50,424 nucleotides of DNA from an uncultured Nocardioidaceae bacterium (GCA_964557235.1 CAZKZQ010000002.1:1-50424); one strand, 5' to 3'; numbered from the stretch's first letter, positions 1-12,800 are shown. Translations and numbers: made by a program. Notes: generated from the sequence alone by a model not told the origin.

Positions 1-680
1 GCCATCACCTTGTCGGCGGCGACGCCGTTGCGGTACTTCGGCAGCACCCACACGCCGCGGCGCGCGGAGACGTAGAGCTTCGATGCCATCCACCGCGAGG
101 ACAGCTCCGAGGCGATGTCCATCGCCGAGTTGCCCATGCCCACGACGATCACGCGCTTGCCGCGCATCTCCACCGGCTCGAACGGGTTGACGTAGGCGTG
201 GCTGTGGATCAGGTCGCCGGCGAACTCCCCGGGATAGTCCGGCAGCCGCGGGCTCCAGTGGTGGCCGTTGGCCACGACGAGGTCGGTGTAGGACCTGGTC
301 TCCCCGGTCGAGAGGGTGACGTCCCACCCGGACGAGGCCGGGACGGCCCGTGACACCCCGACGCCGAACGAGATCTTGTCACGAAGACCAAAATGCTCGA
401 CGTACGCCTTGAAGTAGTCGTGGATCAACGTGTGGTGCGGGAAGTCCGGGAACGACGCCGGTGCAGGGAAGTCCTCGAACTGCAGGCGGGCGGTCGAGGT
501 GTCGATGTGCAGCGACTCGTAGACGGCGCTCCGGCCGTTGGGGTTGCGGAAGTACCAGTTGCCGCCGACCTCGTCGCTCAGCTCGAACTGGTCGTAGGAG
601 ACGCCGAACTCCTTGAGCCGCTTGGCGGTCGTGATGCCCGAGCAGCCGGCGCCGATGATGCAGACGTGGGGGTCGGTCAC
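1..680 (-). CDS. Flavin-containing monooxygenase (FMO family), runs off the left edge of the window
   Basis: Not in the ORF track. Manual translation from GTG at 680 (GTGA overlap with the upstream stop) gives VTDPHVCIIGAGCSG (FAD GxGxxG), ANGHHW, FAGDLIHSHAY (FMO fingerprint FxGxxxHxxxY) and VVGMGNSAMD (NADPH Rossmann). Confidence 0.9.
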   Translation of the reverse strand, partial: MTDPHVCIIGAGCSGITTAKRLKEFGVSYDQFELSDEVGGNWYFRNPNGRSAVYESLHIDTSTARLQFEDFPAPASFPDFPHHTLIHDYFKAYVEHFGLRDKISFGVGVSRAVPASSGWDVTLSTGETRSYTDLVVANGHHWSPRLPDYPGEFAGDLIHSHAYVNPFEPVEMRGKRVIVVGMGNSAMDIASELSSRWMASKLYVSARRGVWVLPKYRNGVAADKVM

Positions 681-1798
681 GACACGCACTCCAGGGCCGT
701 GCGGACGTAGGCATCCGTGCGGGGCGAGGCGACCAGGTGGTCGGCGAGCTTGTTGGGCACGTAGGCGACGGTCGTACGACGGGCGGCGTCGTTGACCACG
801 ATCGCGCCGCCGTAGCCCGTCCACCACGCGGCCCCCTCGGGGATCGCCGGGGCGGACGGTGTCGCCAGGCCGTAGCCGATCCCGAACCGCATCGGCACCG
901 ACAGCAGGAGGTCCACGCCGTCGGCCTGCGGCTCGTGGATGCGGGCGATCGTCTCCTCCGACAGCAGGCGGGTCTCCCCCACGACGCCGCCGTGGCTGAC
1001 CGCCGACTGGGCGAGCGCGATGCCGCGCGCGGTGCCGTGGCCACCGGCACCGCCGACCGCGCCGCGCCTCCAGAGCTCCTCGTTGCAGACGGCGGGAGCG
1101 AGCAGCGGGTTGAAGACCGTGCGCAGCAGGAAGTGGTCCGACGGCAGCACGGAGTAGTCGATCTGCGACGGCGGCGGGTCGATCAGGTCGGCGCACAGCG
1201 TGAGCTCCTCGGAGGGCACGCCGAGCCGGAAGCCGCCACCGACCGGAGCCATCACGTCGTCGTGGAGCACGTCGGCGAGCCGGCGACCAGTGGCGGCGTG
1301 GGCGATGCCGTCCAGGAGGTGGCCGTGGCAGACCAGCTGGTAGGCCGACGCGGAACCCGGGGCGTACCACGGCTCCTGCTCCGCGAGGAGCGCCTCGGAC
1401 TTGTCGAGGTCGACGATGTCCTCCACCGACACGGGGGCCGTCCAGCCCGGGAGGCCGCTGCTGTGGCCGAGCACCTGGCGGACGAGCACGCCGTCCTTGC
1501 CCGCAGCGCCGAACTCGGGCCAGTAGTCGACGACCGGGGCATCGAGGTCGATCGACCCGCGGTCGACCAGGGTCAGGAACGCCAGCCCCACCATCGCCTT
1601 GGTCACCGACCAGACCTGGCACAGCGTGTCCGAGGTCCAGTCGACCCCCGGACGGGCGGAGCCGCCCCAGAGGTCCACGACGAGCTCGCCGTCGTGGACG
1701 ACCGCCACCGAGGCGCCGGCGTCCTCCCCGGAGGCGAGGTTGGACTCGAGCAGGGACTGGAGCGGCGCGAAGCCGTCGTGGCAGGATCCGTCGACCAT
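677..1798 (-). CDS. Serine hydrolase, beta-lactamase/family VIII esterase fold
   Basis: 373 aa; SxxK (WSVTK), LGHSSGLP, SAYQ catalytic Tyr, WWTGYGG. TATCCT -10 lies 6 nt before the ATG (leaderless). Confidence 0.88.
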   Translation of the reverse strand: MVDGSCHDGFAPLQSLLESNLASGEDAGASVAVVHDGELVVDLWGGSARPGVDWTSDTLCQVWSVTKAMVGLAFLTLVDRGSIDLDAPVVDYWPEFGAAGKDGVLVRQVLGHSSGLPGWTAPVSVEDIVDLDKSEALLAEQEPWYAPGSASAYQLVCHGHLLDGIAHAATGRRLADVLHDDVMAPVGGGFRLGVPSEELTLCADLIDPPPSQIDYSVLPSDHFLLRTVFNPLLAPAVCNEELWRRGAVGGAGGHGTARGIALAQSAVSHGGVVGETRLLSEETIARIHEPQADGVDLLLSVPMRFGIGYGLATPSAPAIPEGAAWWTGYGGAIVVNDAARRTTVAYVPNKLADHLVASPRTDAYVRTALECVS

Positions 1799-1819
1799 CC
1801 GGCGAGGATAGGACGGAAC

Positions 1820-1833
1820 TAGAACGTGTTCCA
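1820..1833. promoter_or_regulatory. KstR-type operator TAGAACGTGTTCCA
   Basis: Fits the actinobacterial KstR consensus TnnAACnnGTTnnA; lies just upstream of the -10 (1805-1810) of the esterase-FMO pair. Confidence 0.7.
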
Positions 1834-1926
1834 GAGGCGTCTCGGCTCGGACCAGTGGCGCGGCGGGTCTGGCGTGTCCGGCGGTGCGTTCCTAGGATCG
1901 ACTGCTGGGAGCGAAGGGGTGCGGCC

Positions 1927-2754
1927 ATGGGCGGATGGCAGGTGCATGTCTGGGTCGAGGGCGAGGAGGCGCGCGCTGCGGCGGCGATCCTCCCGGGGAT
2001 CGAGTGCGTGGTGTGCACGGCGTGGCCGGATGCGGCACCACCCGACCTCGACAGTCCGCCGTCGGCCGAGGGCGCCCTGCGTCTGCTGGACGCGAGGTTC
2101 GACGGCCTCCCACGGCACAGCGACCTGCTCGACCGCGAGGCGGCGTCGCTCACCGGCGTCCTGTCCGCCGTCGACCTCGTGCGCCAGGTCGTCGCGGGCG
2201 GTCTCATCGAGGCCGCCGACGCGACGACCACGACCTGGTCGGGCGGCGACGTCAGCATCGGCCTGCTCCAGCCCGACCTCGAGTCCGGCGAGCAGCTCGC
2301 CCTGCGGCTGCACCGACGCCGGGTCGGGCGCCGTGTGCTGTCGGAGTCGGTGCTCGCCGACCTGCTGCTGATGCGCCTGCACGACCCCGCGTCGGCGAGC
2401 TGGTTCGACGAGCTCTGCGCCGCCCTCGAGGAGGTCGCCCGGGAGCGGAGCGACGCCGAGGAGGCGATCGTCGTGGCGGGACTGCTGCGACGCCTGCTCG
2501 TCCTGTGGCGCGAGCCGGTCGGCCCGTTCGAGGACCACGAGGACCTCGTGCCGACCGAGACCGAGCTGCGCAAGGACTACGGCCGCGCGTTCGCGACCCT
2601 GCGCGAGCAGCGCGACGCCCTCCTCTCCCCGCTCATGGTCGACGCCGCTCGCGCGTTGCTGCGGGCCGTCCCCGGCGAGGTCACCTGGGCGACGCTGGAG
2701 CGCCACGGCGTCACCTACGAGCAGCGGCTGGCGGGGCTCGCCTCCGCACGATGA
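1927..2754 (+). CDS. Hypothetical protein (~275 aa)
   Basis: Natural composition; ATG 1927 follows GAAGGGG and a TAGGAT -10 at 1893-1898; stop overlaps the next ATG (ATGA). Confidence 0.7.
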   Translation: MGGWQVHVWVEGEEARAAAAILPGIECVVCTAWPDAAPPDLDSPPSAEGALRLLDARFDGLPRHSDLLDREAASLTGVLSAVDLVRQVVAGGLIEAADATTTTWSGGDVSIGLLQPDLESGEQLALRLHRRRVGRRVLSESVLADLLLMRLHDPASASWFDELCAALEEVARERSDAEEAIVVAGLLRRLLVLWREPVGPFEDHEDLVPTETELRKDYGRAFATLREQRDALLSPLMVDAARALLRAVPGEVTWATLERHGVTYEQRLAGLASAR

Positions 2755-3818
2755 CCGAGCTCCCGCGGCAGCGGCTCGCCTCCCACGCGCTCGCCGGCAC
2801 GACCCTGCCCACGGCCCTGGACGTCGTACGACGGCTCGGGGCGCTGCAGGCGCAGGACCGCACGGCGACCCTGTGGTCGCTCGGTCTGCGGTCCGGGCTG
2901 ACTCTCGACGAGGTGGAGGCGGCGGTCGCCCGGCGCGAGGTGGTCCGCACGTGGCCGATGCGTGGCACGCTGCACTGGGTCCCGGGCGAGGACGCCCGCT
3001 GGATGTGCCGCCTGCTCTCGGCGCCCGCCGCCCGAGCGGCGCGACGGGTCCGCGAGCACGCGGGGATCACCGAGGAGGTCGCGTCCGCCGGGCGGGCGCT
3101 CGTGGAGGGCGCACTGGCCGACGGGCCGCTGTCGAGGCCGGCGCTCTATGCCCGCCTCGACGAGGGCGGCTGGGCGACGGACCGCCAGCGCGGCTACCAC
3201 CTGATCGTCGACCTCGCCCAGCAGGGCGTCGTCGTGCAGGCCGGGACCGAGGGCAAGCAGCCGACCTTCGCGCTGCTCGACGAGTGGGTGCCCACCTCAC
3301 GCGTCCTCGACGACGAGGAGGGCCTGGCGACCGTGGTGGAGCGCTACGTCCGCGGCCACGGACCGGTCGGCGAGAAGGACGTCGCGGGCTGGTGGGGCGG
3401 GACCCTGAAGCAGGTCCGGCAGGCGGTCGCCGACCTCGGCGACCGGGTCGTGCCCGAGGACGGGAGGCTGCGGCACCGCGATGCCGAGCCGTCCGCCCCG
3501 GCCGGCACACGGCACCTGCTGCCCGGCTTCGACGAGTACCTCCTCGGCCACAAGGACCGCAGCGAGGTCCTCGACCCCGACCACCTGCAGCGCATCGTCC
3601 CGGGCGCCAACGGCGTCTTCACCGGGACGGTGCTCGTCGACGGCGTCGTCGCCGGCACGTGGAAGCGGGCCGGTGACGAGGTGGAGGTCTCGCCGTTCGG
3701 GCCGCTCCCCGACCTGTCCGACGCGGTCGCGGCGTACTCCCGCTTCGTCGGCAGAACAGTCACCCTGCGCACCGGTCCGGGCCCGAAGCCTCTGGGCGGC
3801 TCGACGCCACGGTCCTAG
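2751..3818 (+). CDS. AlkZ/YcaQ-family (HTH_42) winged-helix DNA glycosylase-like protein
   Basis: True start ATG 2751; GALQAQD (AlkZ-type QxQ), RTWPMRGTLH, GHGP, LLPGFDEYLLG, VLVDGVVAGTW. Confidence 0.88.
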   Translation: MTELPRQRLASHALAGTTLPTALDVVRRLGALQAQDRTATLWSLGLRSGLTLDEVEAAVARREVVRTWPMRGTLHWVPGEDARWMCRLLSAPAARAARRVREHAGITEEVASAGRALVEGALADGPLSRPALYARLDEGGWATDRQRGYHLIVDLAQQGVVVQAGTEGKQPTFALLDEWVPTSRVLDDEEGLATVVERYVRGHGPVGEKDVAGWWGGTLKQVRQAVADLGDRVVPEDGRLRHRDAEPSAPAGTRHLLPGFDEYLLGHKDRSEVLDPDHLQRIVPGANGVFTGTVLVDGVVAGTWKRAGDEVEVSPFGPLPDLSDAVAAYSRFVGRTVTLRTGPGPKPLGGSTPRS

Positions 3819-3851
3819 CGTCGAGACGTCGCCAGCCTGGGGAGGTCTTCC

Positions 3852-5861
3852 GTGCACGTCCGTCTCACCACCGCCGCCGTGCTTGCCCTCTCGACGTTGC
3901 CCGCGTCCGTCGCCGTCGCCGCCCCTGACCCCGTCCGGCTGCCCGCCGCGAGTGTCGCCGCACCCGGCGACCGCGACCACGACCACGTCTCCGACGACCT
4001 CGAGGCACGCCTGGCCGCGGCAGCTGCCGGCGACCGGGTCGACGTGATCGTCACCGGCGTGCCGGCTGCGGCCGCCAGGCGTCACGTGGGGTCGCTGTCG
4101 CGCGTGCGCGCGCTGCCGATCGTCGACGGCTTCGCCGCGCGCGTGACCGCAGGCCAGGCCCGGGCGCTCGCCCGCACTCCCGGCGTGCGGCGGGTCGAGG
4201 CCGACGGCGTGATGCATGCCCTCGACGACGCGACCGACCGCGACTTCGGCGCCGCCCAGGCTCGCAGCGACACTCCTGGTCTGGATGGCAGCGGGGTCGG
4301 GCTGTGCGTCGTGGACACCGGCGTCGACCCGGCGCACGAGCAGGTCGCGCCGCGGACGGTGACGTTCGCCGACTTCGTCAACGGCCGCACGACGGCCTAC
4401 GACGACCAGGGGCACGGCACGCACGTCGCCGCCATCGCGGCGGGCGACGGGACGGGCGGGGCGAGCGCCGCGACGTTCAGGGGCGTCGCGCCGGCCGCGT
4501 CGTTGTATGCCGCCAAGGTGCTCGACTCCACGGGCACGGGCAGCGACAGCCAGGTGATCGCGGGCATCCAGTGGTGCGCCGCCCAGCCCGGGGTCGACGT
4601 GATCACGATGTCGCTCGGCGACACCGCCGGCGGCGACGGCACGGATGCCAGCAGCGTCGCGGTCGACAACGCGGTCGCGTCCGGCATCGTCGTGGTCGTC
4701 GCCGCGGGCAACAGCGGCGACATCCCGCGGACGATCAACTACCCCGGCACTGCGCGCGGCGCGATCACGGTCGGCGCGGTCTCCGACTGGTCCGCCCCAA
4801 CCGGCACGGCCCGTCACGACGACGGCATCTGGCTCGCGGGCTTCTCCAGCCGCGGCCCGACCACCGACGGTCGCACCAAGCCCGACATCGCCGCGCCGGG
4901 CGTCACGGTGACGTCGGCACAGGCGGGCACCGCGTCGTCGTACGTCACGTTGAGCGGCACCTCGATGGCCACGCCGTACGTCGCCGGTGCGGTCGTGCTC
5001 GGCCTCGAGGCCAAGCCGTCGGCAACGCCCGCCCAGGTCCGCACGGCCCTGACGGGCAGCGCGGTCGACGTCGGCGCCACCGGGACGGACAACGAGTGGG
5101 GAGCCGGGATCGTCGACGTGCGTGCGTTCGTCGACACGCTCACCGGTGCGGCGACGGTCCGTCGTACGCCGATGCCGGCGCACAGCCGGGTCACCGGCAC
5201 GGTGCCGACCAACGGGTCGACGTCGATCCCGGTCGTGGTGCCGACGAGCGGGGTGGGCGTGCCCCTCGCTGCGACGATGACGTCCGCGGGCTCGATCTCG
5301 TGCGTCCCGTTCTTCGGCTGCCTGCTGTCGGAGTGGTCCCCCGACCTCGACCTCGAGCTGCGGTCCCCGAGCGGCACGGTGCTCGCCTCGTCGCGGTGCA
5401 CGCTCGAGGGTCTGTCGTGCGCCTATGGGAGGCAGGAGACGATCGGCTACACGCCCACCGTGGCCGGCACCTACACGCTGCGGGCCTACGCCGACACCGG
5501 TCAGATCAACCAGGGCAAGGGCGGCGCCTTCGCGATCGACCTCTCGCAGGGTCCGGTCGCCGGTGCGGTCACCCCGCCACCGGCCAACCGGGCCCCGATC
5601 GCCAACGCCGGGCCCGACCGGACCTACAAGCGGGCCAAGCAGACCAACCTCGCGACGTTCACCCTCGACGGCAGCGCGTCGTCCGACCCGGACGGCCAGG
5701 CTCTGACCTATGCCTGGCGCAACGCCGCCGGCACGCTCGTGGGCAGCGCCGCGCGGGTCACGCTGAGCCGCGCGGTCGGCAGCTATCCGTTCACCCTGAC
5801 GGTCACGGACCCCGGCGGGCTGAGCAGCAGCGACTCGGTGACGATCACGGTCACGCGCTGA
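3852..5861 (+). CDS. Secreted subtilisin-family (S8) serine protease with C-terminal beta-sandwich and PKD/REJ-like domain
   Basis: Signal peptide; triad VVDTG / HGTHVA / GTSMATP; AAGN oxyanion; C-terminal NRAPIANAGPD..LDGSASSDPDG..FTLTVTD; GGAGG RBS. Confidence 0.92.
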   Translation: MHVRLTTAAVLALSTLPASVAVAAPDPVRLPAASVAAPGDRDHDHVSDDLEARLAAAAAGDRVDVIVTGVPAAAARRHVGSLSRVRALPIVDGFAARVTAGQARALARTPGVRRVEADGVMHALDDATDRDFGAAQARSDTPGLDGSGVGLCVVDTGVDPAHEQVAPRTVTFADFVNGRTTAYDDQGHGTHVAAIAAGDGTGGASAATFRGVAPAASLYAAKVLDSTGTGSDSQVIAGIQWCAAQPGVDVITMSLGDTAGGDGTDASSVAVDNAVASGIVVVVAAGNSGDIPRTINYPGTARGAITVGAVSDWSAPTGTARHDDGIWLAGFSSRGPTTDGRTKPDIAAPGVTVTSAQAGTASSYVTLSGTSMATPYVAGAVVLGLEAKPSATPAQVRTALTGSAVDVGATGTDNEWGAGIVDVRAFVDTLTGAATVRRTPMPAHSRVTGTVPTNGSTSIPVVVPTSGVGVPLAATMTSAGSISCVPFFGCLLSEWSPDLDLELRSPSGTVLASSRCTLEGLSCAYGRQETIGYTPTVAGTYTLRAYADTGQINQGKGGAFAIDLSQGPVAGAVTPPPANRAPIANAGPDRTYKRAKQTNLATFTLDGSASSDPDGQALTYAWRNAAGTLVGSAARVTLSRAVGSYPFTLTVTDPGGLSSSDSVTITVTR

Positions 5862-5864
5862 CCC

Positions 5865-8083
<2,219 letters not shown>

Positions 8084-8087
<4 letters not shown>

Positions 8088-9136
8088 CGCCCGCCCTGCT
8101 GGACGCCCTCGACGCCGTCGCCGGCGGCGGGGACCTCGACGACGTGCTCACCAGGATCGTGGCCGCCGCGGCGGAGATCACCGGCGCGCGCAGCGGAGCG
8201 CTCGGCGTGCGCGAGGGGGCCGCGGGAGCCCTGCGCTTCCTCACCGTCGGACCCGACGACCTGACCTGGACCGCGGTGGGCGACCACGTCCGCGACCGCG
8301 ACCTCCTCGTGGTCCCGGTCCGGGTGCGCGAGGAGATGTTCGGCCTGATCTACCTCGCGGGCCGCACGCCGGACCCGGCGTTCACCGACGAGGACGAGGC
8401 GCTCGTGCGCGTGCTCGCCGACGCCGCCGGGCACGTCGTGGAGCACTCCCGGGCGGACGCCCTGGCCGAGCGGCGACGACGATGGCTGGAGGCGACCGCC
8501 GACCTCAGCGAGGCCCTCACCACCTTCGTCCCGCCCGAGCGGGCGCTCGAGCAGGTCGTGCGCCGCGCCCGCGTCGCGTCCGGAGCCCGGGCCGCTGCGG
8601 TCGTGTCGGCGCCCCGCCGCGCGCGCCCCACCATCGCGGCGTACGACGGACCGGCCGGCCTGGTCTCCGAGAGCACCGTCCAGCAGGCCGCCGCACACCT
8701 CTGGGGCTCCGACCACACCCTCGGCGACCCGCGGGTCCTCGTCGTCCGCCTTCGGGCCAGGCTCGCGAAGCGGTGCGCACTGGTGCTCGTGCTGCCCGCG
8801 GAGGTCGACGCCTCCGACGAGCTCGACCTCCTCGCGCAGTTCGCCGACCAGGCCGGGCTCGCGCTCGACCGCGCCCGCGCGCTCGCCGACCGCGAGGAGC
8901 TGGCCGTGATCGCCGAGCGCGAGCGCATCGCCCGCGAGCTGCACGACGTGGTGGTGCAGAAGCTCTTCGGCGCCGGGCTCCAGCTGCAGTCGCTGCGCGA
9001 GACCCCCGAGCTGCTGAACGAGGGCGTGGACGTCGTCGTGGACCTGCTGGACGCGGTGATCCGCGAGATCCGCGGCACCGTGCTCGAGCTGAGGGAGGAC
9101 CCGGTCAGCCCGCGTCGAGCAGCTTCGCTGCGATGA
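8084..9136 (+). CDS. DosS-like GAF/HisKA_3 protein lacking the haem segment and the HATPase domain (~350 aa)
   Basis: ATGA overlap with the upstream gene; aligns by eye with dosS (DLDDVLTRIV, VPVRVREEMFGLIYL, FTDEDE, RRRRWLEA, FADQAGLAL, ERERIARELHD); stops directly after the DHp helices. Confidence 0.8.
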
Positions 9137-9755
9137 CGGCTGCCTGGGTGCGCCGCTCGACGCCCAGCTTGGCCAGGACCGTGGAGACGTAGTTCTTCAC
9201 CGTCTTCTCGGCGAGGAACATCTGCTCGCCGATCTCCTTGTTGGTCAGGCCCTCGGCGATGTACTCGAGCAGCTTGATCTCCTGGTCGGTCAGCTGCGCC
9301 AGCTCGGGCGCGGTGGTCGTGGGGTTGCGCACCCGCTCGAGCACCCGCTTGGTGAGCGCGGGGTCGATGAGCGACTCGCCGGTGGCCACGTGGCGGATCG
9401 CGGTGAGCAGGTCGGAGCTCTTGATCTCCTTGAGGACGTAGCCCGAGGCGCCGGCCATGATCGCGGAGAACAGCGCCTCGTCGTCGTCGTAGGAGGTGAG
9501 GATCAACGCGTTGATCGACGGGTCGATCGAGCGCACGGTGCGGCACACCTCGATGCCGGAGCCGTCCGGCAGCCGGGCGTCCAGCACCGCGACGTCGGGG
9601 CGGAGTGCCGGGATGCGGTGCGCGGCGTCGACGGCGGAGCCGGACTCGCCGACGATCTCGATGTCGCCTGCGGCCTCGAGGAAGGTGCGGATCCCCTGGC
9701 GCACGATCTCGTGGTCGTCGAGCAGGTAGACGCGGATGGTGGTCTGGTCGGCCAT
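9105..9755 (-). CDS. dosR: DosR/DevR (OsdR)-type NarL/LuxR response regulator
   Basis: ATG 9755; LLDDHEIVRQG, VAVLDARLPDG (phospho-Asp), LTSYDDDEAL, GLTNKEIGEQMFLAEKTVKNYVS..LAKLGVERRTQAAV (DevR-type C-terminus). Confidence 0.93.
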   Translation of the reverse strand: MADQTTIRVYLLDDHEIVRQGIRTFLEAAGDIEIVGESGSAVDAAHRIPALRPDVAVLDARLPDGSGIEVCRTVRSIDPSINALILTSYDDDEALFSAIMAGASGYVLKEIKSSDLLTAIRHVATGESLIDPALTKRVLERVRNPTTTAPELAQLTDQEIKLLEYIAEGLTNKEIGEQMFLAEKTVKNYVSTVLAKLGVERRTQAAVIAAKLLDAG

Positions 9756-9761
9756 GGCTCC

Positions 9762-9805
9762 AGAGTGCCACCATCCGGCACGTTCCCGCAGGGTCGGTCG
9801 GCCCC
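9762..9805 (-). promoter_or_regulatory. Probable autoregulatory DosR box and leaderless promoter of dosR
   Basis: AGGGTC-GGTC-GGCCCC at 9790-9805, centred 42.5 bp upstream of the ATG; CACTCT -10 lies 6 nt before the ATG. Confidence 0.7.
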
Positions 9806-9819
9806 CCGCGGGGTGCCGA

Positions 9820-12800
9820 TCAGCCCAGGCGGACGACGCGGTCCATCCGCTCGAGCCCGACGTCGTCGTGACTGATCCACAGCAGGGTCCGCCCGTCCGC
9901 GCCGTCGACGAGGTCCGCCGAGAGCTGCTCGGCGGTCGCCCGGTCCAGGTGGGCGACCGGCTCGTCGAGCACCAGCACGGGCTGGTCGAGCAGGAGCGAC
10001 CGGGCCAGCCCGAGCCGCGCCCGCTCCCCGCCCGAGACCGCTGCGTGCCCGTCGCCGACCCAGGTCCCCAGCCCTTCCGGGAGCGTGTCGAGCCACGGCC
10101 CGAGACGTGCGCGACGCAGGGCCGCCTCGACCTCCGTGTCGTCGGCGTCGGGCCGGGCCAGGCGGACGTTCTCGGCCAGGGTGGAGGAGAACACGTGCGG
10201 GTCGTCGTCCACGAGACCGACGTCGCCCCGCACGTCGTCCAGGGCGAGCTCCACGAGTGGCGTGTCGCCGAGCGTGATCGTGCCGCGCAGCGGGTCGACG
10301 AACCGCACCAGTGCCGCCGCCAGGGTGCTCTTGCCGCAGCCCGACGGGCCGACCACGGCGACCCGCTCGCCCTCCTCCAGGCGCAGGTCGAGCCCACCGA
10401 GGACGGTCCGGCCCTCCCAGCCGAGGTCGAGCCCGACCGCCTCCAGCCGGCGCGAGCCGTTGGCGGGCACGGGGTCGGAGGGGTCGGTGACGGCGGGCGC
10501 GATGTGCTCCAGCTCGTCCAGCCGGGCGGCGGCCGAGCGCACGCGACCCACGAGAGCACCGGCGTCGACGGCGGGGAGCACCACGTCGACCAGCGCCACG
10601 GGCAGCAGGACGAGAAGCGCCAGCACCGGGCCGCTGAGGGTCCCTTCGGTCACCGCGCGCGACCCCAGGGCCGCGACGGCCACGACGGCGGCGGTCCCCG
10701 CGAGCAGGACCAGGGCGCGCGCTGCGGCGGTCCACGCCGCCGACCGGGACGAGGCACGCGCCAGACGCCGGGCCAACCGGGCCACCGGGCCCAGGACCAC
10801 GTCGTCGGCCTGCCACATCCGCAGCTCCGGGGCGAGGTGAGCGGCCTGCGCCACCACCGCCGACAGCTCCGCACGAGCGGTGACGGACTCGCGCTCCGGG
10901 GCGAGGCACCCCCACCGCACGAGGAGGTGGGCCGCGACGCCGGCGAGCAACGCCGCCCCCACGGCGACCCCGGCCACGGGGAGCAGGAGCGCGGCGACCG
11001 ACGTCGCGACGAGGCCCACGACCGCGAGGACCCGCAGGGGCAGCCGGACCCGCAGCTCGCGGTCCAGGAGGGAGTCGACGTCGTCGACGATCCCGGACAG
11101 CACGTCGCCGCGCTGGCGTCCGAGCCTGCCCGGGGTGAGCGGGACGACCGCGTCGTACACCCGGACCCGGCGCTCGGCGAGGAGCCGCAGGGCGGCGTCG
11201 TGCGACCGGAGCCGTTCGGCGTAGCGGAAGACCGGCCGGCCGATGCCGAAGGCCCTCACCCCGACGATGGCGACCAGCATCGTGAGCACGGCCGGGTGCT
11301 CGGAGGCCTTGACGATGAGCCAGCCGGCGGTGGCGGTCAGCGCGACCCCGCACGACGACGCCAGGACCCCGAGGACGGTGGCGAGGACGAACCCCGCCCG
11401 CGGCCCGGCGGACGACCCCCCGTCGGCACGGGCCGCCCGCGCCGACGGCGCGGTGGAGGGCGGGGTCGTGACCACGCGGCGTCCTGGGAGTCGCACCACG
11501 TGGTCGGCCACATCGACCAGGGCCGGGCGGTGGGCCACGACCACGACCGAGCGGTCGCGGCCGAGCGTGCGCACCACGTCGGCGAGGACGGCCTCGGTCG
11601 CCGGGTCGACGTGCGCGGCGGGCTCGTCGAGCAGCACCAGCGGCCGGTCGGCGAGGACGACGCGCGCGAGGGCGAGGCGGGCACGCTCGCCGGCGGAGAG
11701 GGACAGCCCGTCCTCGGCGACGGTCGCGTCCAGCCCACCGGCGACCCGCACGCGGTCGGCCAGCGCGACGGTCCGCAGCGCCTCCCACAACCGGGCGTCG
11801 TCCGCGTCGGGAGCGGCCAGCCGCAGGTTCTCGGCCACAGTGCCCGCGACGAAGCTCGGGCGCTGCGGCAGCCAGGCGACCTGCTCCTGCCAGGCCCTGC
11901 CACCGAGGCTGCCGGCCACGTCGGCGCCCTCAACGCCACCGGTGAGCACCGTGCCGGACGACGGCTCGACCAGCCCGGCCAGCACCGCGAGCACCGTCGA
12001 CTTGCCGCACCCCGATGGCCCCACGAGCGCGGTGACGCCTCGCTCCGGGACCACGAGGTCGACGTCCTCCACGGCCGGCACGACGCGGTCGTCGTAGCGG
12101 ACCGTGAGGCCGCGCACCGCGAGGGGCAGGTGCACCGGCTCCTCGTCCTCGACCTCGGCCGCCTCCAGGTCGGCGAGCCGCTCGAAGGTCGCGATCCCCT
12201 CCGCCGCGGCGTGGAACTCCGCCCCGACGCGGCGCAGGGGCCAGTAGGCCTCGGGCGCGAGCAGCAGCACGACGAGCGCGGTGCGCAGGTCGAGCCCGCC
12301 ACCGGCCAGCCGGGTGCCGACCACGACCGCGACCAGCGCGACGGACAGGGTCGCGATCAGCTCGAGGACCGCCGAGGAGGCGAACGCGATGCGGAGGGTC
12401 GCGAGGGTCGCGCGGCGGTAGCGGTGCGTGACCGCGCCGATGACGGCCGACTGCGCCCGGGCGCGCCGGAAGGCGACCAGGGTCGGCAGCCCGCGCATGA
12501 TGTCGAGGAAGTGGCCCGACAGCGAGGCCATCGCCCGCCACTGCGACTCGGCCCGGTCCCGCGTCGCGAGGCCGACGAGCGCGCCGAAGACCGGCACGAG
12601 CGGCAGGGTCGCCAGCACGATGACCGCGCTGGTGAGGTCCTGCGTGGCCAGCGCCACGACGGTCAGCGGCGGCAGCACGGCCGCGAGCACGAGCGCGGGG
12701 ACGTAGCGCGTGAGGTAGGGCTCCGCGGCGGTGACCCCGCGGGTGGCCAGCGCCGCGGCCTCGCCCTCGGTCGACGGCCCGCGCCCCGCCAGGACGGCCC

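Noticed and set aside
677-1798. True beta-lactamase
   Set aside because: No signal peptide; the motif pattern and operon context fit a family VIII esterase.
1820-1833. GAAC..GTTC as a LexA SOS box
   Set aside because: The actinobacterial SOS box needs a 4-nt spacer (TCGAAC-N4-GTTCGA); the spacer here is 2 nt, which fits KstR.
1875-1898. TGTCCG-N12-TAGGAT as a PafBC/RecA-NDp DNA-damage promoter upstream of the AlkZ-like operon
   Set aside because: The consensus as I recall it is TGTCGG-N10-TANNNT; the spacing is 2 nt too long and there is one mismatch.
11380-11500. cydD-cydC fusion as a novelty or frameshift artefact
   Set aside because: Clean in-frame Ala/Pro/Ser linker; fused CydDC is known in actinomycetes.
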